Origin: an uncultured bacterium
GTDB taxonomy: Bacteria; Babelota; Babeliae; Babelales; Babelaceae
Length of the DNA: 64,000 nucleotides
Reading direction: 5' to 3'
Assembly (NCBI GenBank): GCA_963717435.1
Contig: OY970332.1
Coordinates: 320,001 to 384,000, forward strand
The notes under the pieces were generated by a model. The model saw only the letters and a list, made by a program, of their open reading frames with translations, was not told the origin of the DNA and ran no database searches. Shown piece after piece: positions 30,569 through 40,042 of the stretch; positions within the stretch are counted from its first letter, which is position 1; each line of letters starts with the position of its first letter. The position numbers and the translations under genes were made by a program.

Positions 30569-30622
30569 GGCTTTTGACATATAATATCTGATATTTAAAC
30601 TAGTTAATATGGAGGCTTTAAT

Positions 30623-31534
30623 ATGTTTAAATTCAAATATTTTTCACTATTTTTTATTTTAAGTTTATCAATGCAATGTCATGCAGGCTTAATTGAAAAC
30701 TTTGACAAACTGATGTCTATTACTCATTGGGGATTATTATTATCTCCAGGTTTATTATTATCAGGCTCACTACTTGAACAAGCAACTATAATTGACAGAA
30801 ACTATCCCGATGCATCTCCTGAGTTAGAAAAGTTTCTTAAAAATGAATTAAGAAAGAATAATACATCAGAAGAGCTACTAAACAGCATAAAATTTAAAAT
30901 TCATAATAGACTAGCAGCAATTGCCTCAACAGAAACAGATCAACCTCATATTATTACAATAACTAGCGCTATCCAGAAAGCATTTAATGAGGGATTATTT
31001 GGAAATTCTGAATCAAAAAATGATCAAAATGATCGAGAAGAAAAATTTTTAAATGCCAGTATTAGACATGAAGTTGCACATATTGAGCATAAAGATTTAT
31101 ATAAAAATATGACAGCGTTAGTTTTATTTCCACTTGCAGCTCATTATATATTTAAAGTTTCAACTTACCATATTCATAATGCAGTTAGCCCTCACCTAAA
31201 TTCCTTTATAAAATCTATATTAAAAATTCCTTCCGTCGTGGTTAAATTATATATAGCACGTGCTTTGTTTGTTATTTACTCCAAGCATAAAGAATATAGA
31301 GCAGACAAAAAAGCCGCTGAATCTATTACAGATAAAGAAACGTTAAATATATTTAGCAATAAATGCCTTGAAGGATATAACGAATATGAAAGAAAACATA
31401 AATTAAATCCAAAATATAGAAATAATTTATTGCGTTTTATATATGATGAAATTTATACACCAGATCTTTATCATCCAAATTATTTGCTTAGATCTGAAGT
31501 ATTTAACAATGCCGCAGAAAAAATTGTTTCTTGA
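30623..31534 (+). CDS. M48-like zinc metallopeptidase
   Basis: HEVAH, EYRAD, HP...R, hydrophobic helices. Confidence 0.7.
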   Translation: MFKFKYFSLFFILSLSMQCHAGLIENFDKLMSITHWGLLLSPGLLLSGSLLEQATIIDRNYPDASPELEKFLKNELRKNNTSEELLNSIKFKIHNRLAAIASTETDQPHIITITSAIQKAFNEGLFGNSESKNDQNDREEKFLNASIRHEVAHIEHKDLYKNMTALVLFPLAAHYIFKVSTYHIHNAVSPHLNSFIKSILKIPSVVVKLYIARALFVIYSKHKEYRADKKAAESITDKETLNIFSNKCLEGYNEYERKHKLNPKYRNNLLRFIYDEIYTPDLYHPNYLLRSEVFNNAAEKIVS

Positions 31535-31683
31535 TTTTTATAAACATTGATCTAATTTTTCTTTAAAATTACTCCACCTAAAAGTTCGACCGTGTCCACC
31601 ATAGTTCTTCTTGAACGACAGCTGAAAGTGCGACAATCTCGACCACCAGTCATTTCCCTCAGAAATACCTGGCAGGCCACTTT

Positions 31684-31765
31684 CACTCTCTTTCCATCAT
31701 ATTCCCCCCTTTAACTGCCCAAACCCCCAATTTTAGGGTATTTTACCCCCGTCTGAACCTGTTTT
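31684..31765 (+). repeat. ~82-bp direct repeat, copy 2
   Basis: matches 29314..29396. Confidence 0.92.
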
Positions 31766-31873
31766 TTATAGGCACCCCCACCCTTTGACTATCTGTAATT
31801 ATCTAGTAAAATTAAATATACGATCAAATGGGTAAATAAATGGAAAAAATAAGCATTCTTTAAGGCAAAAATC

Positions 31874-32593
31874 ATGGGAATTAATCTAAAAAAATTAGCG
31901 CTTATGTGCATCTTAGCGGCACCGAGCCTACCGGCTAATAATGTTGATATTAAAGATTTAGCGTCAACAGTTAAAAAGATTGAAGAGGCGTTGGCTAAAA
32001 ATAGCATAACGCAAGAGGATAAGGCTGCTCTTTTAAAAGAGTTGGATGTTTTAGAATCAAAAGCAATTTCGGTTTTGAATGCAAAGTGGTATTTGCAAGT
32101 CGGCGCGGGAGTCATATCTGCTGCTGCAACCGCTTGGTCACTTAATAAGCTTTATAATATTCATTATAAAAATCCTCAAAAAATTCATAATATATTTTTT
32201 TCAAATGGCGATAACCCTATACATGAAAATTATTCTAATTATGGTGGTACATTTATATATTATTATGGAAAGAGAAACGATCAAACAGTAAACAATGCGC
32301 TTCTTAAATCAAAAGTTCAGACAATTTTAGACAGCCTAAAGGAAATGGGGGTAAGCGCAAAAAAAGAATCGGATCTTTATGATCCAGAAAAATATTCTTA
32401 TTATCACAAATTATCCTACAGAAATATTTCTATTAAAGCTTTAACAATACCTATAGCATTAATAGCTGCTGGGTTAAAGTATAAAAGCCAGATATCTTCC
32501 GCTGTAAAAAATATTTTTGGTGGTGGATATAAAAAAGACTTAGAAAAAATTAAGCAAATTCGAGAGCTGCTTAAAGCTCTAAAAACAGTTTAA
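31874..32593 (+). CDS. hypothetical secreted/membrane protein
   Basis: 239-aa ORF with signal peptide; TTGACT-16-TAAAAT upstream. Confidence 0.7.
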   Translation: MGINLKKLALMCILAAPSLPANNVDIKDLASTVKKIEEALAKNSITQEDKAALLKELDVLESKAISVLNAKWYLQVGAGVISAAATAWSLNKLYNIHYKNPQKIHNIFFSNGDNPIHENYSNYGGTFIYYYGKRNDQTVNNALLKSKVQTILDSLKEMGVSAKKESDLYDPEKYSYYHKLSYRNISIKALTIPIALIAAGLKYKSQISSAVKNIFGGGYKKDLEKIKQIRELLKALKTV

Positions 32594-32626
32594 TTATTTT
32601 TCAAAATTCACATTTGAAGAGCAATA

Positions 32627-32669
32627 AGAAGGCGATATTATGAATTATAATATCGCCTTCTGTCTTTTA
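32627..32669 (+). terminator. intrinsic terminator
   Basis: AGAAGGCGATATTAT...ATAATATCGCCTTCT then gtctttt. Confidence 0.7.
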
Positions 32670-32773
32670 TCTAAGATTATTTCATATACGGGCATTTTCC
32701 CCTAGAGATATCTAGTCTTATAGGCATTGTACTTGGTTCCCACTAAGTTAAAATTTCGTAGAACAGGCACCTT

Positions 32774-32802
32774 TTGACAAAAATGCTTTAAGTTTATAAA
32801 AT
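32774..32802 (+). promoter_or_regulatory. sigma70-like promoter
   Basis: TTGACA-17 bp-TAAAAT. Confidence 0.65.
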
Positions 32803-32848
32803 AAATACAATCTGAATATAATAGATATAATAACTTGGGGGCGCTTTT

Positions 32849-33280
32849 ATGAAAAAATTACTTTTGTCTATTCTAGCCATTATGGCTCTTATCCCTGCTT
32901 GTGGCGGGCACAAAAAGTCCGCTGTCAAAATGTTGTCTCTTCAAAAGAATATGTCCATGGGTCAGGTACGCGCTCATATGGGTGAACCCGATAAAGTAGC
33001 CGCTTCTTCAGTTGATCACAGAGGGAATCAAATTGATGTATGGGAATACAATCTCGGCATTTTTGATGAAGATAAGAATAGCACCAAAGTTATGTTTCAA
33101 GTTGGCGGTTGGTTAGCCTTCTGGCCATTATTGTGCTTTCCACAGGCGTGGAGATCGTCATGGACTTTTGACACGTATTTCTTTAAATTTGTAAATAAAG
33201 CACTTTTAAAGTGGGGAAGAAAAATCGATATCATCGATGTTTCAAATGAATACACACAGGCAAATTTATCAACTTACTAG
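32849..33280 (+). CDS. lipoprotein, SmpA/BamE-like domain
   Basis: lipobox IPA-C; LQKNMSMGQVRAHMGEPD...WEY. Confidence 0.7.
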   Translation: MKKLLLSILAIMALIPACGGHKKSAVKMLSLQKNMSMGQVRAHMGEPDKVAASSVDHRGNQIDVWEYNLGIFDEDKNSTKVMFQVGGWLAFWPLLCFPQAWRSSWTFDTYFFKFVNKALLKWGRKIDIIDVSNEYTQANLSTY

Positions 33281-33285
33281 AAGAT

Positions 33286-34215
33286 ATGTTTATGAATAAA
33301 AAACTGTTAATATCTCTGTCTTTTATTTCTTTCGCGTTACCTGTAGCTTCTCAAGCATACGGCGCTGCGACTCTTATACTTTATGCTATTGATTATTATG
33401 TAAGCAAAGAAAAAGTGGGTTTTAATCAAGATCTTACCCAAAGAGCAATTAGAGAACATATTACTTTTGAAGATGTAATAGGCGCACAAAAGGCAAAAGA
33501 TGCTCTTATGGATATTGTTAATGCGCTAAAGAATAAGAGAATATATGACACTATTGGGGCCAAACTTCCAAAAGGGGTGCTTCTTGAGGGCAATCCTGGT
33601 AATGGTAAAACATTGCTAGCCAAGGCACTTGCTGGTGAAGCCGGGGTCAATTTTATCTCTATAAATGGTGCAGATTTTGCCGACAAATGGGTAGGCGAAG
33701 GCGTTAAGAAAGTTAAAGAGCTTTTTACACAAGCACGAGCAGAATCTCCATGTATTATTTTTATAGATGAGATAGATGCAATCGGAACCCGTGGTCAGGA
33801 ATTTGGTGGTGGTGCGCAAACAGAAACCAATAGAATAATCACTGAAATTTTGACAAACCTTGATGGTATGAGCACTGATAATAGCAAGCCTATTATTGTA
33901 ATTGGCGCAACAAATAGCAAAGACAGACTTGATCCAGCGCTACTGCGTTCAGGACGTTTTGACGTAGCCGTACGTGTTGAAGATCCAACGCTTCAAGAGC
34001 GCATAGAGCTTTTCAAATTTTATAGCAAAAAAGTAAAAATATCAGGTTCTATCGATTTTGCTGCGCTTGCCGCTCGAACCAATGGTTTTTCTTGCGCTGA
34101 CTGTGCAAACTTGGTTAATCAGGCTGCATTAGGCGCGGTACGCAGAAAGTCTACCTACGTCGAACAACGTGATTTTATAGAAGTGCTTGAAACGCGCGAT
34201 ATTCAAAAACGCTAA
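33286..34215 (+). CDS. FtsH-like AAA+ ATPase lacking the protease domain
   Basis: TFEDVIG, GNPGNGKT, IIFIDEID, LDPALLRSGRFD; stops before any HExxH. Confidence 0.88.
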   Translation: MFMNKKLLISLSFISFALPVASQAYGAATLILYAIDYYVSKEKVGFNQDLTQRAIREHITFEDVIGAQKAKDALMDIVNALKNKRIYDTIGAKLPKGVLLEGNPGNGKTLLAKALAGEAGVNFISINGADFADKWVGEGVKKVKELFTQARAESPCIIFIDEIDAIGTRGQEFGGGAQTETNRIITEILTNLDGMSTDNSKPIIVIGATNSKDRLDPALLRSGRFDVAVRVEDPTLQERIELFKFYSKKVKISGSIDFAALAARTNGFSCADCANLVNQAALGAVRRKSTYVEQRDFIEVLETRDIQKR

Positions 34216-34256
34216 CTCTCTAAAATCTGGAATTTTTACAACAAAATAAGCCATAT

Positions 34257-34754
34257 ATGAATCCAGAAGAAACTAGTCGAAAAAAAGTTTTCGAAAACAC
34301 AATTTATTATCTTGAAAACTATCTTAATCCAGATATAAATTGGGATAGAAATGTTACTCCTAAACAGAGAATTAATCAGATAAGATATGCTGATGTAAAC
34401 TGGAAAACAGTGTATGTTCATATCAAAGCTATGGACTACTATGAGTTTTTAAAAACACCCTACTGGAAAGCAATTTCCGCCCATGCCAAATATAAAGCTG
34501 GATACAGGTGTCAGCTATGTAACAACTCTTATTATTTGGTTACACATCATAGAAATTACGCTATACACGGCCGCGAACATGATTACATGAATGAATTAAT
34601 AGTGCTTTGCCGTATTTGTCATAATAAATTTCATGAGCAAATTCCCAAATTCAAACGCGAGACTAGAGAATCATCTGAACCCCAGATGGGAATAGCATTA
34701 ATGCTATTATCTGCTTTTTTTATATTTTATATGTTTTTACTGTTCGTGAGTTAA
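34257..34754 (+). CDS. HNH endonuclease-like protein with C-terminal TM helix
   Basis: YRCQLC...THHRNY...LIVLCRICHNKFH. Confidence 0.75.
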   Translation: MNPEETSRKKVFENTIYYLENYLNPDINWDRNVTPKQRINQIRYADVNWKTVYVHIKAMDYYEFLKTPYWKAISAHAKYKAGYRCQLCNNSYYLVTHHRNYAIHGREHDYMNELIVLCRICHNKFHEQIPKFKRETRESSEPQMGIALMLLSAFFIFYMFLLFVS

Positions 34755-34884
34755 ATTTCCCCCGTCTCCTAAAAAGACTTCGTTTTTTGATTATTTTATT
34801 TAAAAGTCTCAATTCAAAACCCTAGCTATTTAATTTTCAAGATTCGTATACTTTATCTCGAAATAAAAATCGGGAGAAACAATC

Positions 34885-36108
34885 TTGAGAAAACAAACTC
34901 TGAAAATATTAGCAATAATTTTAATTTTAAATTTTTATAAAGATTTAATCGGGCATGGTTCGGGAGAGCACCGAGAATGGGGCGTGCTGTTTTATATTAA
35001 GTCGGGTTTATCATCCAATGTCTTGGTACAAGAAAAGCTTGCTCAAATCGAAAATGGAGCAAATGACAACTGTTTTATTTCAATAACAGTTGATCAGGAA
35101 ATAGATTCTGAAAAACAAAGTCGAATAATAACAGGCTATGAAATCGAATCTGATAAATTAATAAAAAAATCTGAAAAGCTATTAACTCATGAAACGAGAG
35201 TTGAATCTATTACTAGCTCTCTGTGTTGGGATGAGCATAAACCTGCCAAATATTTTTTATTGGTCCTAGTAGATCTTGATCAAAATAATCTCAAAAAAAG
35301 CACGGGTATTGAAATTGGCATATTTAATCATAACAAAGCTGACTTGTGTCTGACTGATGAAGATCTTCAAAAAATTACAGAAATATTACATAAAAAACTT
35401 AAAAAACAACTGGATATAATATTCTTAGATTCTGATGCATCGGGAAATATTGATCTAGCTTTTGCAGCAAGAGAAAATGCAAAATTATTAATATCGTTTC
35501 AGGAAAGATATAGCCCTAAAGTGGTTAATTATTCAAAAATATTAAATTTAACAAAATCTGGGCATATTAGCCCCAAAGAGTTTGGCAAAAATATTGTAAA
35601 ATCAATTGGCGAAAAAGGCTCAAAAGAAAACAAATATTCTGTAAGTTTATTAAATCTTTCAGAAATAAATTTAAGTTTTTTGGATGCATTTAATCAAATA
35701 TTTTCGAGCTTGGCATTAATTGTGAGCAAAAGAAGCTGCTTTCTTGAATATATAATACAAGCAAGAAAAGATTCGGTTGGACTTAAAAATAAAATATTTA
35801 TTGATTTTATTCTGTTTCTTTTAAAACTAATAGATAAAATTAGAGCGATAGACTGCAGCTATGATTATACTTTAGATATATTAGAAAATAATCTAAAATC
35901 TGCGTATAAACTCACAGAAAGTTTAATTATTTTTCATAAAGCCAATTTTGATACGCGTGGTATTTCTATATACTTTCCAGAATCGGGCTTATCTTACACA
36001 AACTATGACTATAATACATCTTGGGCTAGGGCCACGCACTGGCCCGATTTTTTACTGCACTTGGGAAATGCGTTAAAAACAGCTTTAAATTTTGAGAGGG
36101 GAACATGA
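34885..36108 (+). CDS. clostripain (C11)-like protein, catalytic residues absent
   Basis: collinear with the next ORF (REW, LTDEDL, LDIIFLD, GISIYFP) but lacks HG and DAC. Confidence 0.7.
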   Translation: MRKQTLKILAIILILNFYKDLIGHGSGEHREWGVLFYIKSGLSSNVLVQEKLAQIENGANDNCFISITVDQEIDSEKQSRIITGYEIESDKLIKKSEKLLTHETRVESITSSLCWDEHKPAKYFLLVLVDLDQNNLKKSTGIEIGIFNHNKADLCLTDEDLQKITEILHKKLKKQLDIIFLDSDASGNIDLAFAARENAKLLISFQERYSPKVVNYSKILNLTKSGHISPKEFGKNIVKSIGEKGSKENKYSVSLLNLSEINLSFLDAFNQIFSSLALIVSKRSCFLEYIIQARKDSVGLKNKIFIDFILFLLKLIDKIRAIDCSYDYTLDILENNLKSAYKLTESLIIFHKANFDTRGISIYFPESGLSYTNYDYNTSWARATHWPDFLLHLGNALKTALNFERGT

Positions 36109-37382
36109 ACAAAAACCAAAATCTTTTAATATTATTTTCACTAATATTCTTAAACTACTTAGTTCTAAAAACAGATACACAAATTGACTCTAATATCGAG
36201 TTAGCAGAAGAATTTACAGAGATCTTAAAAAATCCTGACGAAATTAAAAAAGATACGCGAGATTGGCTCATTTTTGTATATATCGCTGCAAATAATAATT
36301 TAAAAAATGCGGCACTTAAAGATATAGAAAGATTAAGACTCGGCTCCAATGATAAGGCACATGTTCTTGTCTCACTTCACACCAAAAGAGATGGCAAAAG
36401 AGTCTCTGAACGAATGGTTATACAAAATAAAAAAATTAACTTTGACGGAAAAATCCCCGTAGTAGATAGTGGTCGCCCAGAAACATTGGAAGCTGAATTA
36501 AAATGGGCATTAGGATATCAAGCAAAAAATATTATGGTCGTGTTATGGGGGCATGGAACCGGAGCTTTAAACAAAAGTGAATACAACCCCTTAAGAGCAG
36601 TATGTGGTGATGATGATACCGGAAATAAATTAACTGATGCTGATATAAAAAAGACATTTGAATCTGTCTTAAAGTTATATAATAAAAAAATAGATTTACT
36701 CGCATTCGATGCATGTCTCATGGCCGGTGTGGAAGTGGGTTATGCAGTCAGAAACTGTGCCAATTTTATGATAGCTGCTGAAACTTCACTGCCCGGAGAG
36801 GCCATCAGCTACACCGAGATCCTAAAATTAATTGAAACAGAGAAACTAACACCTTTAAATCTTGCCAGATCGATAATTAAAATCTATAGAAAAAATTTTA
36901 ATGAAAATACAAAGTTTTATTCTGTGTCTGCTATAGATTTATCCAAAATGTGGGATCTTTCAAAAAATGTATCTATGTCTTGCAATATGCTAAAACTTCT
37001 AGAAGAAAAAAGTACAGAAAATGTCTCCACAATAAAAAAGGTTGCCCGCGAGAGCTTGCGGTTTGGCGACAGCGACTACGTGGATCTGGGGGACTTTTAT
37101 ACGAATCTGCAAAACAGTCTTTATTATAATCAATCTTTAAAGCCCAATCAGAAAGATATATTAGACGCTTTGATGGAAGAAGTGCAAAATGTATTACAAA
37201 AAGCCGTGATCGAATCTGCGTTAAGTGCAACTTATAAAAAAGCTTCTGGACTAACTATATACTTCCCACTTTCACGGCCGTATCACGATTCTTATGATGA
37301 TTCTGTCTGGGCAAAGGAAAATCTCTGGCCATATTTTCTCAAACATCATATTACTTTATCGACCACGCCGTATATAATATAA
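36105..37382 (+). CDS. clostripain family (C11) cysteine peptidase
   Basis: YIAANNNL, WGHGTG, FDACLMA, GLTIYFP. Confidence 0.9.
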   Translation: MNKNQNLLILFSLIFLNYLVLKTDTQIDSNIELAEEFTEILKNPDEIKKDTRDWLIFVYIAANNNLKNAALKDIERLRLGSNDKAHVLVSLHTKRDGKRVSERMVIQNKKINFDGKIPVVDSGRPETLEAELKWALGYQAKNIMVVLWGHGTGALNKSEYNPLRAVCGDDDTGNKLTDADIKKTFESVLKLYNKKIDLLAFDACLMAGVEVGYAVRNCANFMIAAETSLPGEAISYTEILKLIETEKLTPLNLARSIIKIYRKNFNENTKFYSVSAIDLSKMWDLSKNVSMSCNMLKLLEEKSTENVSTIKKVARESLRFGDSDYVDLGDFYTNLQNSLYYNQSLKPNQKDILDALMEEVQNVLQKAVIESALSATYKKASGLTIYFPLSRPYHDSYDDSVWAKENLWPYFLKHHITLSTTPYII

Positions 37383-37464
37383 ATAATTAAATTTTGTTAT
37401 AATATTACGTGATAAATTTGGTTAAAAACTTACAAAACAAATTAAAATAAAAAGTAAATAAATT

Positions 37465-38544
37465 ATGCACAAAACAAAACTAAGCACAATATTTTTTAGC
37501 CTAATTTTATGCAAAATATCAGTAATGGGTATGGAGCCTGAAGAAAATCCGGATAAAAAAGTAGAAAATGTTGAGAAAAATTATAATTTCAACTTCGTCA
37601 ATTCAATTTCGACAGGCGATGAAAATATTTCTATTGGAGGATTTGCAACAGCTGGAAGAAGGCCTCAAATGGAAGATGTATCCCAATACATCACAGAATT
37701 TGGTCCAAAAGGAGATTGCATGCTTTTTGCAATCTTTGATGGCCATGCCGGCAAAGAAGTAGCTAAGCATTGCGCAAATTGGCTTTATAAAATAATACAA
37801 ACACATCCAGAATTTGAGACAAACACCGAAAAAGCACTTATAGATTCTTTTGAAAATTTTAATAAATCAGAAATAATACAGAAGACACAGCCCATTAATT
37901 GCGGGAGCTGTGCAATAGTTGTAATAATAAAAAACAACAAAATTTATTCTGCAAATTTGGGTGATTCAAAAGCTATTTTGTGCAAAAATGGCAAAGCTAT
38001 TAAATTGTCAAACGACCACTCTGTTAATTCAGAAAGCGAATGCGAAAGAGTCATAAAAGCGGGAGGCTATATTAAGACAATTATTAAAGAAAAAAATATT
38101 GTAAAGCGATTCGTAGTGGACAATCCAACTGCTTTCCTTGATATAATAATGCCATCTAGAAGATTTTGTAGGCTGGGAAAATATGCAGGGATTATTTCAA
38201 CCCCAGAGATTATGGTAGAAAATTTGGATTCCAATACTGAGTTTTTAATCTTGGGCTGTGATGGAATTTTTGAAGAGAATATGACCGAACAAGATGCTGT
38301 TGATATTGTAAGAAAAGTTTTATTAGAGGATTTAGCAGGCAAATTGATGAACTCAACTCTAGCGGCAAAAAAGCTTGTAGAAAAAGCCTATGACAGACAA
38401 AGCGGTGATAACTTAAGCGCTATTGTTGTCGGATTTAATAAGCCAAAAACAAAGGCTTTGGCTAGACTACTGGTAGAAAATAACGATTCTGAGGATGTTG
38501 CTATGGCAGAAACATCTAAATTTCAAAAAACTGAAGATAATTAA
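37465..38544 (+). CDS. eukaryote-like PP2C/PPM phosphatase with signal peptide
   Basis: GRRPQMED, FDGHAG, ANLGDS, LSNDH, LGCDG, GDN. Confidence 0.9.
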   Translation: MHKTKLSTIFFSLILCKISVMGMEPEENPDKKVENVEKNYNFNFVNSISTGDENISIGGFATAGRRPQMEDVSQYITEFGPKGDCMLFAIFDGHAGKEVAKHCANWLYKIIQTHPEFETNTEKALIDSFENFNKSEIIQKTQPINCGSCAIVVIIKNNKIYSANLGDSKAILCKNGKAIKLSNDHSVNSESECERVIKAGGYIKTIIKEKNIVKRFVVDNPTAFLDIIMPSRRFCRLGKYAGIISTPEIMVENLDSNTEFLILGCDGIFEENMTEQDAVDIVRKVLLEDLAGKLMNSTLAAKKLVEKAYDRQSGDNLSAIVVGFNKPKTKALARLLVENNDSEDVAMAETSKFQKTEDN

Positions 38545-39425
38545 ATTTTGGGCAGCTTTTGTTTGATCTTAAAAAACTTTGCCCAGGGGTCCGCGATGCG
38601 CGAGATTCTTTTAAAGATATTTTTTATATTATATTTTTGCGCATTTAATTTTGGATCATCAAGCTCTTTCCAAGAAAGAGGCGTTGCAACCGGAGCGCCT
38701 GGTTTAGCTCGTACTCCATAAGGTGCAACGCCCGTTTGAGCAAATGCATTTCGTAAAAAATCTATAAAAATTTTATTGCCCCGTTTCTCTTTTCGCATTT
38801 CAAGAGTAAAAAGATCAGGATGTAATTTTAAAAGTTGTTCACTAAGAGTTCTTGCAAAATCTTTAACTTGATCATAATCAGAAGATCTATCAAGCGGGAT
38901 AACTACGTGAAGGCCCTTAGAGCCGGTTGTCATGACAAAAGACTCTAACTTTAATTTATCTAAGATATTTTTTAAAATTTTTGCTGCTTTGCAAACTTTT
39001 TCAAATTGGGGCTCTTCTGAATCGAAATCAAATATTAATCTATCTGGGTAGTTTAATTTATCGATCTTACTTAGCCAGATATGGGGCTCTATCATGGCAA
39101 GATTTGCAAGATATACTAAAGTTTCAGGATTATCACATACAACGTAAGATGTACTGCCACCAGATTTTTTTGCTATTTTTTTTATATGCAACCAGCTTGG
39201 AACGTTACCCTTAATGTCTTTTTGGAAAAATCCCATAGAGTCTATGCCATTTGGAAATCTGCGCAAATTTAGCGGACGATCAGAAAGATACGGGAGCATT
39301 ATGGGGCTAATTTTATTGTAATATTCTATTAGGTCGCCCTTAGTGATATTATCTTCGGGGAACAGAACTTTATCTAGATTTGTAACTTCGATATCTGTTT
39401 TTCCCGCTCTTATTATTTTATCCAA
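38541..39425 (-). CDS. stand-alone LigD polymerase (Prim-Pol) domain
   Basis: RRFPNG, FFQK, FDFD, TTGSKGLH, IDFLRN, APYGVRA. Confidence 0.92.
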   Translation of the reverse strand: MDKIIRAGKTDIEVTNLDKVLFPEDNITKGDLIEYYNKISPIMLPYLSDRPLNLRRFPNGIDSMGFFQKDIKGNVPSWLHIKKIAKKSGGSTSYVVCDNPETLVYLANLAMIEPHIWLSKIDKLNYPDRLIFDFDSEEPQFEKVCKAAKILKNILDKLKLESFVMTTGSKGLHVVIPLDRSSDYDQVKDFARTLSEQLLKLHPDLFTLEMRKEKRGNKIFIDFLRNAFAQTGVAPYGVRAKPGAPVATPLSWKELDDPKLNAQKYNIKNIFKRISRIADPWAKFFKIKQKLPKI

Positions 39426-39455
39426 AATAGTTTACCCAGTTTATAATTTTGTTTA

Positions 39456-39878
39456 TTAATCTTTTTTGATTTTAAATAGCAGCCAGTTCTCGTTTTTTCC
39501 ATCGCCAAGCTTAGTTTTTACAAGAGCGTAACTGCTATCAAGTTTTTTTCCGGAAAATTTAACTTCAATTGCGCCGCTTTCAAAGCATTGTTGCATATCT
39601 TGAGTTTTTAGATTTTTATAGGACCCTGAATCCCATTTTTCTACAGTTCCTGCGCCATACTGACCCTCGGGGATCACACCTTCAAATTTTGCCCAATTTA
39701 TATCGTGATCGGGTTGCAAAATAGCAAGACGCTTTTCACCAAATTTAAGCGGCGGCCCTTTTGGAACTGCCCAAGATTTCAAAACGCCACCTATTTCGAG
39801 CCTCACGTCATAATGCAAATGTGATGCATCATGTTTTTGGACAACAAATATGGGTTCTTTTTTGGGATTTGTAGACAT
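39456..39878 (-). CDS. stand-alone LigD 3'-phosphoesterase domain
   Basis: FVVQKHDASHLHYDVRLE, SWAVPKGP, FEGVIPEGQYGAG; start reassigned to ATG 39878. Confidence 0.9.
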   Translation of the reverse strand: MSTNPKKEPIFVVQKHDASHLHYDVRLEIGGVLKSWAVPKGPPLKFGEKRLAILQPDHDINWAKFEGVIPEGQYGAGTVEKWDSGSYKNLKTQDMQQCFESGAIEVKFSGKKLDSSYALVKTKLGDGKNENWLLFKIKKD

Positions 39879-39886
39879 ATTTTTAT

Positions 39887-40042
39887 CTAAAACCCCAGGA
39901 AAAAAGCTATCACGAATATTGACAGGAACAGCAAGAAGAATATTTTCGCGACATTGGTTAAGCTTTTTTCCAGACCAGAAAAACCCAAAACACCTGCTAA
40001 TAACCCCATAACTAGAAACGCTAGCGACCATCTTAAAAACAT
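39887..40042 (-). CDS. DUF1328/UPF0391 (YtjA-like) small membrane protein (not in ORF track)
   Basis: GAGGG RBS; MFLRWSLAFLVMGLLAGVLGFSGLEKSLTNVAKIFFLLFLSIFVIAFFLGF. Confidence 0.85.
   Translation of the reverse strand: MFLRWSLAFLVMGLLAGVLGFSGLEKSLTNVAKIFFLLFLSIFVIAFFLGF

Noticed and set aside
31583-31601. GTTCGACCGTGTCCACCA as a tRNA 3' fragment or att site
   Set aside because: No T-stem pairing or cloverleaf; too short, and it adjoins a degenerate hairpin module.
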